Below are positions 9,022 to 20,318 of a stretch of 64,000 bases of DNA, in pieces. The translations under genes were made by a program, and so were the position numbers. The notes beneath the pieces are model-generated. The model was not told where the DNA came from. It worked only from the letters and a program-made list of their open reading frames with translations, and made no database searches. This DNA is from Nitrospirae bacterium UBA2233. GTDB lineage: Bacteria; UBA2233. Location: positions 1,797-65,796 of the forward strand of contig DDYN01000039.1 in NCBI GenBank assembly GCA_002347965.1, written 5' to 3'. Within the stretch, counting starts at the first letter, position 1; each line of letters starts with the position of its first letter.

Positions 9022-11583
9022 TTAAGCCGTTACCGCCTGCTCTTCGAGTGCATAGGCCTCGATAACGTCGCCTTCCTTGTAATCATCAAATCCTTCGATG
9101 CTCACGCCGCAATCGTAGCCTTGGGCAACTTCTCGTACATCCTCCTTAAAGCGCTTAAGGGAGCTAATTTTGCCCTCGGCAACGACAGCTCCTTCCCTAA
9201 TGAGCCTTGCCATGGCGCTTCGAAGAAGCTTCCCTTTCGTCACGTACGACCCGGCCACGTTACCCACCTTCGTGACACGAAAGACCTGCCGAATCTCCGC
9301 CTGACCTAGGGTCACCTCTTTGACCTCGGGCTTAAGCTTACCCACGACCGCCTGCTTTAAGTCCTCGAGCAGCTCGTAGATGACGCTGTACACGCGAACG
9401 CTTACCTTCTCCCTCTGGGCAAGGTCGAGAACCTTCTTTTCGGGTTTCACGTTAAACCCTACAACGAGCGCATTCGAAGCAGAGGCCAACATCACGTCGG
9501 ATTCGGAGACGTTCCCTACGGCTGCGTGGACGAGGTTGAGCTGGACCTTCTCGTGTGAGATGGGCGTAAGGCTCTTTTTAAGCGCCTCGACCGTTCCGTC
9601 CGTATCTGCCTTTAAGACGAAGTTCAGCTCTTCTATTTCCCCTTTCTGGATCCTTTCGTACAGGTCTTCTAGGGTGACTTTCTTCGAAACGGCGGAGAAC
9701 TCCTGCGCCTTTTGGTAGTCGAGCCGTTTTCCGGCAATTCGCCTAGCCTCGCGCTCGTCCGGCATGACAAAAATAAGTTCTCCGGCCTGGGGCACCTGTG
9801 GTAGCCCGAGGATTTCGACGGGAACAGACGGAGTAGCTTCGCTTATCCTTTGCCCCTTGTCCGAAAGGAGCGCGCGCACCTTGCCAAAAGTCGCCCCTGC
9901 AACAACGTAATCTCCTACCTTAAGCGTGCCCTCTTGCACGAGTACTGTCGCGATAGACCCTCGTTTTGGGTCCATTTTGGATTCGATGACGACACCCACC
10001 GCAGGCCCCTCGTAGCGAGCTTTTAATTCTAGCAATTCGGTCTGGAGGAGAAGCAGCTCTAAAAGCCCATCCAATCCCTCGCCTGTTTTGGCCGAAAGAG
10101 GTACGACTACCGTATTCCCGCCCCAATCGTCTGGAACGAGCCCATAATCGGTTAGGCTTTGTTTAACTCGGTCAGGGTTCGCATTTGCCTTGTCAACCTT
10201 ATTGATCGCGACAATAATCGGTACCTTGGCCGCCTTTGCGTGGTTAATGGCTTCTATCGTCTGGGGCATAATCCCGTCATCCGCGGCCACGACAAGCACG
10301 GCAATATCCGTAACCCTGGCCCCACGAGCTCTCATCGCTGTAAAGGCCTCGTGGCCAGGGGTATCCAGGAACGTAATTCGCCCCCCCCTCGTTTCAACGG
10401 TATAAGCACCAATATGCTGCGTAATTCCGCCAGCTTCCGTTTCGGCGACTCTACTTTTACGGATAGCGTCGAGCAATGTCGTCTTTCCATGATCCACGTG
10501 CCCCATGATCGTCACAACTGGGGGGCGTAGAAGCTCTTTGGCTTCTTTAGGGCGGATATTTTCCAGAATAACGGCATCGTCAAAGCGCGCTTCGTGGTTT
10601 TCCACGCTGTACAGAAACTCGCCCGCGATGAGCTGAGCCGTATCAGGATCCAAGGCTTGATTCACGTTTGCCATAACTCCTAGCTCAATCAGCTTGCGAA
10701 TCAACTCGGAGGCCTTGACCCCCATTTGTTTGGCCATTTCTCCTACTGTAAGCGTGCCTTCCATTCGAACGACCCTCTTCTGGGCGGACGGGGGAAGGCT
10801 TGAAGGACGTCTCCTCGCCTCGTCAATCCTTGCCCTTTTTATAGGTTTTGGCCTTGGAAGGATCTCCACGGGCTTGGCCTCTTCTACCGCCTCACCTTCG
10901 AGGGGTTTTTCAAGGATCAACTGAACGTCATCTTTTTCTTTTGCTTCTCTTGGGCGTTTCTTGGCTTTTCCTGGATAGTCTTTGGGTGCCTCTTTCTTAA
11001 GGTCAACCCTCTTCTTCTTCTCTTCTTCCTTTCCCAGCTTTTCCGGTTCAGAAACCTCTGCCTCCTTGGGCTCTTCCACGACCTGCTTTGTCTGACTGTT
11101 AGGCTCGAGTTCTTGAGGGACAGTCGTACGGATGGAGGGCCCTTCTTCGAGCGAGGCCTCATTAGGGGCAACCTGTTCACCTTCAACGGTTGGGCTAGGC
11201 TCTACTTCCAAGCTTGGTGCTGCTTCCATTGAGGCGAAAACGCCGGCGTCCTCATCTTTGGATAAAGACGCACTCCGAGGAGCAGTCTCTTCATGGGCCG
11301 GCAGGGATTCCCTAGAAGAAGGCTCCTCGTGGGCCCCTTCGACAAGAACCTCGGGCGGTTTCGTTTCCCTTGCCTTACGAATCACCACAGCCGAAGCACG
11401 CTCCGCTTGCTTCGGCGCTCTTCGGTCTTGAATAAAAGACAGAATTTTCGCTTTTTCTTCCTCGTTAAGCGTAGAGGAGGGGGATATTCGTCGCTCAAGC
11501 CCGCACGCCGAGGCAATTGCAATGACCTCTTTGCTCTCTAACCCAAGGGCCTTCGCGAACTCGTAGAGCCTAGACTTTGCCAT
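9022..11583 (-). CDS. infB: Translation initiation factor IF-2
   Basis: 853 aa; [15 protein letters not shown]-terminus, Lys/Glu-rich linker, GTPase ([21 protein letters not shown]). Confidence 0.95.
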   Translation of the reverse strand: MAKSRLYEFAKALGLESKEVIAIASACGLERRISPSSTLNEEEKAKILSFIQDRRAPKQAERASAVVIRKARETKPPEVLVEGAHEEPSSRESLPAHEETAPRSASLSKDEDAGVFASMEAAPSLEVEPSPTVEGEQVAPNEASLEEGPSIRTTVPQELEPNSQTKQVVEEPKEAEVSEPEKLGKEEEKKKRVDLKKEAPKDYPGKAKKRPREAKEKDDVQLILEKPLEGEAVEEAKPVEILPRPKPIKRARIDEARRRPSSLPPSAQKRVVRMEGTLTVGEMAKQMGVKASELIRKLIELGVMANVNQALDPDTAQLIAGEFLYSVENHEARFDDAVILENIRPKEAKELLRPPVVTIMGHVDHGKTTLLDAIRKSRVAETEAGGITQHIGAYTVETRGGRITFLDTPGHEAFTAMRARGARVTDIAVLVVAADDGIMPQTIEAINHAKAAKVPIIVAINKVDKANANPDRVKQSLTDYGLVPDDWGGNTVVVPLSAKTGEGLDGLLELLLLQTELLELKARYEGPAVGVVIESKMDPKRGSIATVLVQEGTLKVGDYVVAGATFGKVRALLSDKGQRISEATPSVPVEILGLPQVPQAGELIFVMPDEREARRIAGKRLDYQKAQEFSAVSKKVTLEDLYERIQKGEIEELNFVLKADTDGTVEALKKSLTPISHEKVQLNLVHAAVGNVSESDVMLASASNALVVGFNVKPEKKVLDLAQREKVSVRVYSVIYELLEDLKQAVVGKLKPEVKEVTLGQAEIRQVFRVTKVGNVAGSYVTKGKLLRSAMARLIREGAVVAEGKISSLKRFKEDVREVAQGYDCGVSIEGFDDYKEGDVIEAYALEEQAVTA

Positions 11584-11591
11584 AGAGACCT

Positions 11592-12923
11592 TTACCCGTT
11601 TGTGCCAGCCCCTTCCGTAACCTGGGCTAGACTTTCCGTTTCTTGATTTTCTTTTGTCGCCGACCTGAACGATGCAGGAGACAAGAGCTCTTTTGCCCGA
11701 CGCTTAAGCGTAGATGCAAGTCCCCGATCCACATCCGGGGGTAGCTTCTCAAATTGGTTTTCACCCATCTTGGAGAGGTCATCGAGCGTTTCAACCCCGG
11801 CGGAGTTTAAGGCTAGGGCCAACGCCTCGTCCATATCCTGAAGAAACTTGACGGATTCTTTCGCAAGCTGACGGATTTTTTGGACTTCAGACTTGCTCCG
11901 AATGTCTATGTTCCAGCCAAGCAGCTTTGAGGCAAGCCGGACGTTGACGCCCTTCTTGCCGATAGCCAAGGAAAGCTGCTCATCCGGAACTGTAATCTCA
12001 AGCGTCTTGTGTTCTTCTAGGGCAACCACGTTTAAGATCTCACAAGGGGCAAGCGCCTTTTGGGCGAGATGTTCGATGTCCTTGTGGTAAGGAATGACAT
12101 CGATACGCTCGGAGCGAAACTCCTGAAGGACATTTTGTATCCTCGAGCCCCTTACTCCTACGCAAGCACCGGCCGGATCAACGTTTGGATCCTTGCTTTT
12201 TACGAGCACCTTAGACCTCATCCCCGGCTCTCTGGCTATGTTGAGGATCTCGACAAGGCCGTTTCGGATCTCCGGGACTTCTAACTCGAACAGACGAACG
12301 AGGAATTGCGGGTGGGTTCTTGAAAGGATCAGTTGCGGCCCCCGGCCTTCGAGGCGAATGTCCAGCAGGTAAGCGCGAATCCTGTCGCCTTGGCTGTAAT
12401 GCTCTCCCCAAATCTGCTCGCTGGAAGGCAAAAGCGCGTCCGTCTTCCCGATGTTGACTACAATGTTGCCTCCCCGATCGATCCGCTGAACAATGCCGCT
12501 CACCAGCTCACCTTTTCTGGAAATGAGCTCGTTATAAATGTTTTCCCGCTCGATTTCCCGGATGCGTTGCATCAAAACCTGCTTGGCCGTCTGGGCGGCA
12601 ATTCGCCCTAAATTCATCAAGTCGCCGGACTCAAGGTGGCGCTCGAGGACATCGCCTACTTCTGCCGACTCGTTGTATTCTCTGGCCTCTTCAAGGGAAA
12701 CCTCCTGCGTCGGGTCCTCGACATTTTGAGCAATACGATAACTCTCGTGGATGTCAAAGGTCCCCGTCTCTTCGTCAAACAGCACGCTAATCGGCCGTTG
12801 GCTACCGTACTTCTTCTTGGCAGCGGACAAGACGGCAGTCTTAATCGTGTCAATCAGGACTTTTTTGCTGATGTCCTTTTCTTTGCCAACCTGTTCGATA
12901 ATGCGTTTTAACTCTGTACTCAT
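11592..12923 (-). CDS. nusA: Transcription termination/antitermination factor NusA
   Basis: 443 aa; N-terminal domain, S1 (GELVSGIVQRIDRGGNIVVNIG), two KH domains. Confidence 0.9.
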   Translation of the reverse strand: MSTELKRIIEQVGKEKDISKKVLIDTIKTAVLSAAKKKYGSQRPISVLFDEETGTFDIHESYRIAQNVEDPTQEVSLEEAREYNESAEVGDVLERHLESGDLMNLGRIAAQTAKQVLMQRIREIERENIYNELISRKGELVSGIVQRIDRGGNIVVNIGKTDALLPSSEQIWGEHYSQGDRIRAYLLDIRLEGRGPQLILSRTHPQFLVRLFELEVPEIRNGLVEILNIAREPGMRSKVLVKSKDPNVDPAGACVGVRGSRIQNVLQEFRSERIDVIPYHKDIEHLAQKALAPCEILNVVALEEHKTLEITVPDEQLSLAIGKKGVNVRLASKLLGWNIDIRSKSEVQKIRQLAKESVKFLQDMDEALALALNSAGVETLDDLSKMGENQFEKLPPDVDRGLASTLKRRAKELLSPASFRSATKENQETESLAQVTEGAGTNG

Positions 12924-12966
12924 GGGTTCTTTCGCGTGCGTTTATTGCTAGGAAAGCGTGCTTAGG

Positions 12967-13464
12967 CTAGAGAAACTCGTTTCTATCAAAATCGTACACA
13001 AGATTGGCCCTCCGGATGGCGCGGAAGGGCACGTCAAGCTCCTGAGCCGTCGACCCCACACGAAGCGTTAGCCTGTCGCCCTGAACCCCTATCAGCGTCC
13101 CTTGGGCCTCCTTCCTCCCTGAATACCCCTTCTCAAGCCGGAGCACAAGCCTCTTACCGATATAACTCTTAAAGTCATCTTTGGGCCCCAAGAGCCGGTT
13201 GACCCCCCTTGAAGAAACCTCGATTGTGTATGTCCCCTCAAAGGGGGCATCGTTGTCGATCAACAGCGCGGAGCTCTCCGACACCTTGACGCAGTCCTCA
13301 ACTTTGACTCTCCGGGATGCGGGGTCCGTCGTGTCAAGATAGAGACGAACCACCCATTTGCTCTGTTCGCGATCTACGCTCACAAGAACAAGCCGAAAAC
13401 CCAAGGCAAGGATCTCCGGCTCCAAAAGTTCACGTAAACGCCGCTCAACGGACGAGCTTTCCAT
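12967..13464 (-). CDS. rimP: Ribosome maturation factor RimP
   Basis: 165 aa; position immediately upstream of nusA. Confidence 0.85.
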   Translation of the reverse strand: MESSSVERRLRELLEPEILALGFRLVLVSVDREQSKWVVRLYLDTTDPASRRVKVEDCVKVSESSALLIDNDAPFEGTYTIEVSSRGVNRLLGPKDDFKSYIGKRLVLRLEKGYSGRKEAQGTLIGVQGDRLTLRVGSTAQELDVPFRAIRRANLVYDFDRNEFL

Positions 13465-13479
13465 CTCGTTTGACGGGAT

Positions 13480-13498
13480 CCCCTCGCAGCCCCTCGCA
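13480..13498 (-). repeat. Tandem direct repeat GCGAGGGG (x2, 10-bp register) 16 nt upstream of the rimP ATG
   Basis: Forward strand reads CCCCTCGCAgCCCCTCGCA. Confidence 0.5.
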
Positions 13499-13612
13499 TA
13501 CCCTAAACAGGCAATCCAAAATGAACGAGAGGAAGAAGACGTGAGGTTTGGAGTTCAAAGTTGCTATACTACTCTTTCCACGTTACTCAACAGCATACCC
13601 TACTTCAGCCCT

Positions 13613-15016
13613 CTAAGGCAATGCTTCTCCAAGCATAGAGGCGGGGTTTAACAGCACCCCTACCTCCTCCTTAGAATAAACTCCTTCTCCTAAAAGGACT
13701 TCCTTTAGCGACTGCCCGGTTTCGTAAGCCTTTTTTACGAGTGCCGCAGCCTTGTCGTAGCCGATTTCTGGAGTCAAGGCGGTAACCAAGGCGAGGCTTT
13801 TTTCTAGCCAATCATTGCATCGCCCAGAATCCGCAAGGATGCCCTCGATGCACTTTTCACGAAACGCCTCCATGGCGTTGCCCAAAAGGCTCAAACTCTC
13901 CAAAATCGAATGGGCCAAGACTGGCATCATGGTGTTAAGCTCTAGGTTCCCAGAAAAACCGGCCAACGTCGCGATTGCATCGTTCCCGATCGCACGTACG
14001 GCTACTTGACACACCATCTCGGCCATCACAGGGTTCACCTTGCCCGGCATGATAGAGGAACCTGGCTGGACGGATGGAACCTTGATTTCCCCCATTCCGC
14101 AACGGGGGCCGGAATTGAGCAGACGGATATCGTTGGCGATCTTCATGAGGCCTACGGCCAAAGACTTTAACGCCCCGCTCAACTCAACAAGGGCATCTTT
14201 TGCCCCAATAGCCTCGAACTTATCCTCGGCCGTACGAAACGGATACCCTAATCCTTCTTGCAATTTTTCGACAACGACCTGGCCAAACTTTGGGTGTGCG
14301 TTCAGTCCTGTCCCCACGGCCGTACCGCCGATTGGAAGCTCTTCCAGGAAGTATTCTGAATGCTTCAGGCGAACACCCGCATGCCTCAACATCGTCGCAT
14401 AAGCTCCAAACTCCTGGGAAAGCCGCATAGGTACGGCATCTTGAAGGTGAGTCCTCCCGATCTTTAACACGTCAAAGAACGATTCGGCCTTTTTTGTGAA
14501 TGCGACCTCGAGCCTAAAAAGAGCTGGCAGGAGGTTCTCTTTGAGCTCATCGTAAGCGGCCACGTGGATGGCCGTTGGGATGACATCGTTGCTCGACTGT
14601 CCTTTGTTGACATGGTCGTTTGGATGAACGGGAAAACGGTCGCCCTTTTTCCCACCCAGAAGCTCGTTGGCCCGGCTTGCAATGACCTCGTTTGCGTTCA
14701 TGTTGGTCGAGGTTCCCGAACCCGTCTGGTAGACATCCACGACGAACTCCCTATCGAGACTCCCCTCCGCCACTTCCTTTGAGGCCCTCCCGATCGCGTC
14801 AGCTAGAACAGGGTCCAGCTGGCCAAGCTCGGCATTTGCTTCCGATGCATAGCCCTTGATAAGCCCGAGCGCTTTAATAAACACCCTCGGGAAGCGTTGC
14901 CCGCTAACGTGGAAGTTCTCGACGGCCCGTTGAGTCTGGGCGCCGTAATACGCTTCTTCTGGCACCATTATCTCGCCTAGGGAGTCTCTTTCCGTTCGAA
15001 GCCGCGATTCCTGCAT
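13613..15016 (-). CDS. aspA: Aspartate ammonia-lyase-like (fumarase/aspartase class II family)
   Basis: GSSIMPGKVNPVMAEM signature; EAYYGAQTQRA, GSGTSTNMNANEV and RTHLQDAVPMRLSQEF are closer to AspA than to FumC. Start taken at MQESRL. Confidence 0.6.
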   Translation of the reverse strand: MQESRLRTERDSLGEIMVPEEAYYGAQTQRAVENFHVSGQRFPRVFIKALGLIKGYASEANAELGQLDPVLADAIGRASKEVAEGSLDREFVVDVYQTGSGTSTNMNANEVIASRANELLGGKKGDRFPVHPNDHVNKGQSSNDVIPTAIHVAAYDELKENLLPALFRLEVAFTKKAESFFDVLKIGRTHLQDAVPMRLSQEFGAYATMLRHAGVRLKHSEYFLEELPIGGTAVGTGLNAHPKFGQVVVEKLQEGLGYPFRTAEDKFEAIGAKDALVELSGALKSLAVGLMKIANDIRLLNSGPRCGMGEIKVPSVQPGSSIMPGKVNPVMAEMVCQVAVRAIGNDAIATLAGFSGNLELNTMMPVLAHSILESLSLLGNAMEAFREKCIEGILADSGRCNDWLEKSLALVTALTPEIGYDKAAALVKKAYETGQSLKEVLLGEGVYSKEEVGVLLNPASMLGEALP

Positions 15017-15020
15017 TGCG

Positions 15021-15878
15021 TTATGCCTCGGATGTAGAATTAATGCAATAACCGACACATCCGTTCGCTTCGCCGCTCTGGGTCATCCAGAGCGCATGCA
15101 TAGCCTCAAGGCCCGCTAGAAGGAGGCGGCCTTCAAGGCCCTCATGCTCCTCTGGGACCACACGACCAGACTCAGGGGCGTTTGCCACAATACCCAGAAT
15201 CCCACCCGACAAGATACGACGCCTAGAAGACGTATAGTAGTCTTTCAGGAGGAAATGGGCGGAGAGCTCCATCTCCGAGGCAAGGGCGCCCATTCGCTGG
15301 TAGCTCTTAAGGCGTTCCCGAAGCTCATTTCCTTTCGGCGAGAATTGCGGGGCTTCTTTAAAATAGAGGTCGCTCTTGGTGTGAACAACCCCCAGCCAAA
15401 GAGATTCGCCCGACAAGAAACCTTGCTCCCCGAGCGCCGAAAGAAGGAACGGGAACATCTCGAACGAGGCTACCGCGGGATACTCTGGGCCAACAAGCGC
15501 CCGCGTCGTGTCTTCGTCCCGGATGCACGCCAACGCGACGACTGCATGACCCGGACGTACGCGGGCCTGAAGGCTTCCGGCAGTCCCAATGCGAAGGAGC
15601 ACGCCGTTGCCCTGGATGAGCTCGATCACCTCCGGAAGGACGATCGCGCACGAAGCGGGCCCCATACCCGTCGTAACCCCGGAAACAGGCGTCCCCTTGT
15701 ATGTCCCGTGTACAACAACAAGCCCCCTATCCCCCTTAGAACACTCGGCATGATCAAGGTGCTGGACAAGCCTCTGGATCCTTCCGGCCGACCCTGCGGT
15801 AAGCACGTACGGATTCATCCGTTCAGCTTCCAAGTGGTATGTTTTCCCCCTCGAAAGGAAGGTAACCCCCTCTTCCAT
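15021..15878 (-). CDS. PNP/UDP family nucleoside phosphorylase (uridine phosphorylase-like)
   Basis: LRIGTAGSL, EYPAVASFE and GALASEMELSAHF align with E. coli Udp motifs. ATG at MEEGVTF is preceded by GGGAGA. Confidence 0.6.
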   Translation of the reverse strand: MEEGVTFLSRGKTYHLEAERMNPYVLTAGSAGRIQRLVQHLDHAECSKGDRGLVVVHGTYKGTPVSGVTTGMGPASCAIVLPEVIELIQGNGVLLRIGTAGSLQARVRPGHAVVALACIRDEDTTRALVGPEYPAVASFEMFPFLLSALGEQGFLSGESLWLGVVHTKSDLYFKEAPQFSPKGNELRERLKSYQRMGALASEMELSAHFLLKDYYTSSRRRILSGGILGIVANAPESGRVVPEEHEGLEGRLLLAGLEAMHALWMTQSGEANGCVGYCINSTSEA

Positions 15879-15978
15879 GGATTCTCCCGTAAGTTGCGAA
15901 CGGTTCAAAAATGCACTACATTTAATTATTACATCTTAAACAGAAGCCTGACTATCGCTCACGAAAAAAGGAAATGCC

Positions 15979-17289
15979 ATGGAGCCTACAAAGATTCTTT
16001 TGGGTGAAGAGGCAATCCCTAAGTTTTGGTACAACATCCTGGCCGACCTTCCCTGGCCTTTGCCCCCTGCCCTTCACCCGAAGACCCGATCGATACTTTC
16101 TCCGGACGATCTTGCCGAGCTTTTTCCTGAATCCCTCGTTGAACAGGAAATGAGCCATGAGCGGTTCATCGAAATCCCGGACGAGGTGCTTGAGGCCTAC
16201 AGGATGTGGAGACCAACGCCGCTTCATCGTGCCTACCGGCTTGAAAGATCCCTCGACACTCCAGCAAAAATCTACTACAAGTACGAAGGCGGAAACCCCT
16301 CCGGGTCGCACAAGCTGAACACGGCCTTACCTCAAGCCTATTTTAACCGGCTTGAGGGCATCAAAAAGCTCACGACGGAGACGGGCGCAGGCCAGTGGGG
16401 AAGCGCGCTTTCTTTGGCCTGCAGTCTTTTTGACCTTGAATGTCGCGTGTTTATGGTCCGGATAAGCTACGACCAAAAACCTTACCGGCGGATTCTTATG
16501 GAGACCTGGGGCGCGACGTGTATTCCGAGCCCGAGCCAAACGACGCAGGCAGGCAGAAATGCGCTTCAGCAAGACCCAGAAACCCCGGGCACCCTAGGCC
16601 TTGCCATTTCCGAGGCCATTGAAGAAGCGCTCGCAAGGTCCGACACGCACTATGCGCTGGGAAGCGTACTAAACCACGTCCTTTTGCACCAGACGGTGAT
16701 AGGCCTGGAGGCAAAGGCGCAGCTCGCCAGCATCGGCGTCATGCCAGACGTGATTGTCGGCTGTGTTGGCGGCGGGTCTAACTTTGCCGGACTTGCACTC
16801 CCATTCGTTCCAGAGAAACTCTCGGGACAAAAGGTGAAGATGGTATGCGTAGAGCCAATCGCCACACCATCGTTGACAAAAGGGACCTACACCTATGATT
16901 ACGCGGATACCGCAGGGCTAACCCCGCTTTTAAAAATGCACACGCTAGGCAAAGATTTCGTGCCGCCCAAAGTGCACGCTGGAGGGCTGCGCTACCATGG
17001 GATGGCGCCGATCGTGTCATTATTGTACGACAAAGGCCTTTTGGAGGCCGAGGCTGTGGAGCAACAAGAGGCATTCTCGGCCGCTGTTATTTTTGCAAGG
17101 ACAGAGGGGGTTGTCCCGGCTCCTGAGTCTGCACATGCCCTCCGTGTTGCCATAAACGAGGCTATGCTGGCAAAAGAAGAAGGAAAAAGTAAAGCAATTA
17201 TTCTTAATCTAAGCGGGCATGGCTACCTCGATCTTAGCGCCTACGATGCCTACCTTAAAGGACAAATCCCCTCAAAGCAGGAAGCCTAA
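15979..17289 (+). CDS. trpB2: TrpB2-type tryptophan synthase beta-like PLP enzyme
   Basis: 436 aa; PLP Lys in [11 protein letters not shown]; the extended N-terminus is typical of TrpB2 rather than TrpB1; not part of a trp operon. Confidence 0.8.
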   Translation: MEPTKILLGEEAIPKFWYNILADLPWPLPPALHPKTRSILSPDDLAELFPESLVEQEMSHERFIEIPDEVLEAYRMWRPTPLHRAYRLERSLDTPAKIYYKYEGGNPSGSHKLNTALPQAYFNRLEGIKKLTTETGAGQWGSALSLACSLFDLECRVFMVRISYDQKPYRRILMETWGATCIPSPSQTTQAGRNALQQDPETPGTLGLAISEAIEEALARSDTHYALGSVLNHVLLHQTVIGLEAKAQLASIGVMPDVIVGCVGGGSNFAGLALPFVPEKLSGQKVKMVCVEPIATPSLTKGTYTYDYADTAGLTPLLKMHTLGKDFVPPKVHAGGLRYHGMAPIVSLLYDKGLLEAEAVEQQEAFSAAVIFARTEGVVPAPESAHALRVAINEAMLAKEEGKSKAIILNLSGHGYLDLSAYDAYLKGQIPSKQEA

Positions 17290-17369
17290 CCTACCTAAAC
17301 TCCAAGCCAAGCCTATCACTTCTGAGATACCTGGGTGCCGGACGTCTGCCGTCAACTGACGCCTGTTGC

Positions 17370-18344
17370 CTACTGGAGGGACGCCTTCAGCTGCCTACGG
17401 TAAAAGGACCGCATGACGATGGCCGTTAGGTTGAACAGGAACGTCATCACAAGCAAAACGAACGTGGTTCCATACTGAATCGGCCGGGTCTCTTGGACGT
17501 TGATCGATTGGGTGGCCATAATATAAATATGGTATGCAAGCTCCATGAACTGATCGAATGGGTTCAGAATGGGCAGCTGAAAAGGCAGTAGCGGAACGTT
17601 GACGTAGACTACGGGCAGCTTGGGCAGAAAGTAGGCCGCACCCGTAAACAGGATCGGGGCCGTTTCGCCGGCCCCGCGCGAAACGGCAAGAATCGCCCCC
17701 GTTAAAATACCTGGCCGTGCCTGCAGAAGGACGACCCGGGACGTGGTTTGCCAACGGGTTGCGCCGAGTGCGTAGGCTGCTTCCCTGTAGCTCCAAGGAA
17801 CGGCGCGTAACGCTTCTTCCGTAGAAACGATGACCACGGGCAAGACCAACACGGCAAGCGTCATTGCTGCCCACAGAAGCGCAGGTTTGCCAAACAGCAT
17901 TCCTGTCTGCAGAACCTGATCGAGATTTCTTCCTATAAAAAGGATAAAAAAGCCTAGCCCGAACAGTCCAAACACGATAGAAGGGATACCGGCCAAGTTG
18001 TTTACCCCTGCCCGGATGACCCTGGCGATCGGGCTATCTTGAACGTACTCTACGAGGTACACGGCGGTTGAGATTCCTACGGGAAGGGCCGCTAGGATCA
18101 TCAGCGTGACTAAAGAAAGTGTCCCGAAGATAGCGGGAAGGATGCCTCCGGCCGTCATCCCTTTTTCCGGAGACTCAAACAGGAAAGAAGGGGTAACGAC
18201 CTTGGCGCCATAGTATAGGATGGGAACGAAAATCCAAGCGATCAACAAAACAACCACGGCCATAGAAAACCCGGCTATAATCACGAATGCCCACTCGAGC
18301 AACCTGATCGACTTACGGCTGCGGCTGTTATGCGAAAACGTCAT
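17370..18344 (-). CDS. pstA: Phosphate ABC transporter permease PstA
   Basis: 324 aa; ABC permease EAA-like motif (ALGATRWQTTSRVVLLQARPGILTG). Confidence 0.8.
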   Translation of the reverse strand: MTFSHNSRSRKSIRLLEWAFVIIAGFSMAVVVLLIAWIFVPILYYGAKVVTPSFLFESPEKGMTAGGILPAIFGTLSLVTLMILAALPVGISTAVYLVEYVQDSPIARVIRAGVNNLAGIPSIVFGLFGLGFFILFIGRNLDQVLQTGMLFGKPALLWAAMTLAVLVLPVVIVSTEEALRAVPWSYREAAYALGATRWQTTSRVVLLQARPGILTGAILAVSRGAGETAPILFTGAAYFLPKLPVVYVNVPLLPFQLPILNPFDQFMELAYHIYIMATQSINVQETRPIQYGTTFVLLVMTFLFNLTAIVMRSFYRRQLKASLQ

Positions 18345-18352
18345 GCTTGCCC

Positions 18353-19384
18353 CTACATTCTCAAGCGTTTGCGTACCCTATCCAAGATGAACTCGGTTAC
18401 AAAGTTCATAAAAAACGTAATCGTGAACAAAACAGACCCGACCAAAAAAAGCGCATAATACTCGTTCGACCCCTGCGCAACGGCGCCTAGTTCACCCGCG
18501 ATCGTAGCCGTCATCGTGCGTACAGACTTAAAAATATCGAAGGTCACCTGGGCCGCGTTCCCCGTGGCCATGACGACAATCATCGTCTCTCCGATCGCTC
18601 GCCCCATACCAAGAATGACTGCCGCGGCGATACCCGGCGAACAATACGGTAAAATCGCAAAAAGAACCGTCTGCGATCGCGTTGCGCCCAACGCGTAGCT
18701 TGCTTCTCTGATTTCCCTGGGCACAGCGTGTAGGACGTCTTCCACAAGCGAGGCGATCACGGGGATGATCACACAGCTGACCCCGATCGCCCCCACAAGG
18801 GCGTTAAGACGGTAAGAAGTATGAAAAATTCGCTGAATCCAGTCTGCCCCTATGGCGAGCATGAAGAAACCGATCACTACGGTTGGAATACCGGCCAGTA
18901 GCTCTAAAAAAGGCTTTGCCAGCTCCCTTAGACGTGGCTTGGCAATTTCGCTCAAAAACAATCCACAGCCGATTCCAAACCCAGAAGCGATAAGCGTGGC
19001 CGGAAGGGCCACAAGGAATGTTCCAGATATTAAAGGAATGAGAGAAAATTTTGGACTCGACCCAACAGGTTGCCAGATGTATCGGAACACTTCTTCGTTG
19101 CTAAAATAATCGACCACTCGCACGCCGATAAACTGACTCAAAGGAATCGTGGTGAGCGCACGAACCCCTTCCTGGAACAAGAATAAGAAGATGAGCGTGA
19201 TCGCCACAATCGCGACCAGGCTGTTCAGGAACAGGAAGAGCTCTATTCCGCGCTCCAGCGCCCGCCCTTTACGCACAAAAGAGCGACTTCGATGGATCTT
19301 CGCCCACGCCCATTGAGCCCTTTGGGCTTCCGGATGGACTTCCAAGGCCTGAAGTTTGTGCCCTTGCCTCCCTTCTCGCTCCAT
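18353..19384 (-). CDS. pstC: Phosphate ABC transporter permease PstC
   Basis: 343 aa; permease motif ALGATRSQTVLFAILPYCSPGIAAAV. Confidence 0.8.
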   Translation of the reverse strand: MEREGRQGHKLQALEVHPEAQRAQWAWAKIHRSRSFVRKGRALERGIELFLFLNSLVAIVAITLIFLFLFQEGVRALTTIPLSQFIGVRVVDYFSNEEVFRYIWQPVGSSPKFSLIPLISGTFLVALPATLIASGFGIGCGLFLSEIAKPRLRELAKPFLELLAGIPTVVIGFFMLAIGADWIQRIFHTSYRLNALVGAIGVSCVIIPVIASLVEDVLHAVPREIREASYALGATRSQTVLFAILPYCSPGIAAAVILGMGRAIGETMIVVMATGNAAQVTFDIFKSVRTMTATIAGELGAVAQGSNEYYALFLVGSVLFTITFFMNFVTEFILDRVRKRLRM

Positions 19385-19412
19385 CCTTTTGCCCCCCTAG
19401 CACCATCGTGCG

Positions 19413-20309
19413 TTATCGGCCTGCAACAGCGGCTACGTTGATCGGAATGTAGCCAAGCTCAGCCGCGATTTTTTGGCCTTCTTCGCTCAAAATCCAATCG
19501 AGGAAGCGTTTAATCTCGGCAGATTCCCGAAGAGAATAGACAAAAAGCGGCCTGGCCAATGGGTACTCTCCGGACCACACTACGTCGTAGTGTACCTTCG
19601 TCCGCTTGAGGTCGGAGCGGTCGATTGGGTCGATGGCCTTCTGATCGTCTGCCTTGCTGACCTTTATCACCTTAAGGTTTGGACGATCGAAATAGGCAAC
19701 CCCTCCATACCCAATCCCTTTAGGGTCTTTGGCTACCGCATCGGCAACGGCGGCGGTTCCAGGAAGGTTTTGACAATCGGAGGCATAGTCCATGTCCTTA
19801 AGGACGTGCTCTTTAAAAAAGAGGTAGGTCCCAGAGTTAGATTCCCTGGAATAGCGCATTATGGGCAAGTCTTTGCCGCCCAACTCCTTCCAGTTGTTCA
19901 CGTGTCCCGTGTATATACCCATCAGCTGCCTTAGACTCAAGCGCTCTACCGGGTTGTCTTTGTGGACGACGATGCCGAGCGCATCCATTGCCACCTTAAC
20001 CTCCTTCGGCTCTCGGCCCAACCGGCGCGCTGCTTCTATTTCTTCCTGCTTGATCGGGCGGGAAGCGTTGGCCAGGTCTGTCGTCCCGTTAATAAGCGAG
20101 GCAATTCCCGTCCCAGAGCCCCCTCCCGTCACCTGGATCGTCGCATCGGGGTGCTTTTTCATGTACTCTTCCGCCCAACGCTGGGCCACGATAACCATCG
20201 TGTCCGAGCCTTTCACCGTGACGAGCTCACTAGCCCACCCATCTTGAGCCATCGAGGCACCCAGAAAAAATACACCGGACATCAGGACCATCTTGATAAA
20301 CGCTTTCAT
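19413..20309 (-). CDS. pstS: Phosphate-binding protein PstS (signal peptide)
   Basis: 298 aa; N-terminal signal peptide; PBP motifs GGGSGTGI and SRESNSGT. Confidence 0.85.
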   Translation of the reverse strand: MKAFIKMVLMSGVFFLGASMAQDGWASELVTVKGSDTMVIVAQRWAEEYMKKHPDATIQVTGGGSGTGIASLINGTTDLANASRPIKQEEIEAARRLGREPKEVKVAMDALGIVVHKDNPVERLSLRQLMGIYTGHVNNWKELGGKDLPIMRYSRESNSGTYLFFKEHVLKDMDYASDCQNLPGTAAVADAVAKDPKGIGYGGVAYFDRPNLKVIKVSKADDQKAIDPIDRSDLKRTKVHYDVVWSGEYPLARPLFVYSLRESAEIKRFLDWILSEEGQKIAAELGYIPINVAAVAGR

Positions 20310-20318
20310 GGGGGTCTC

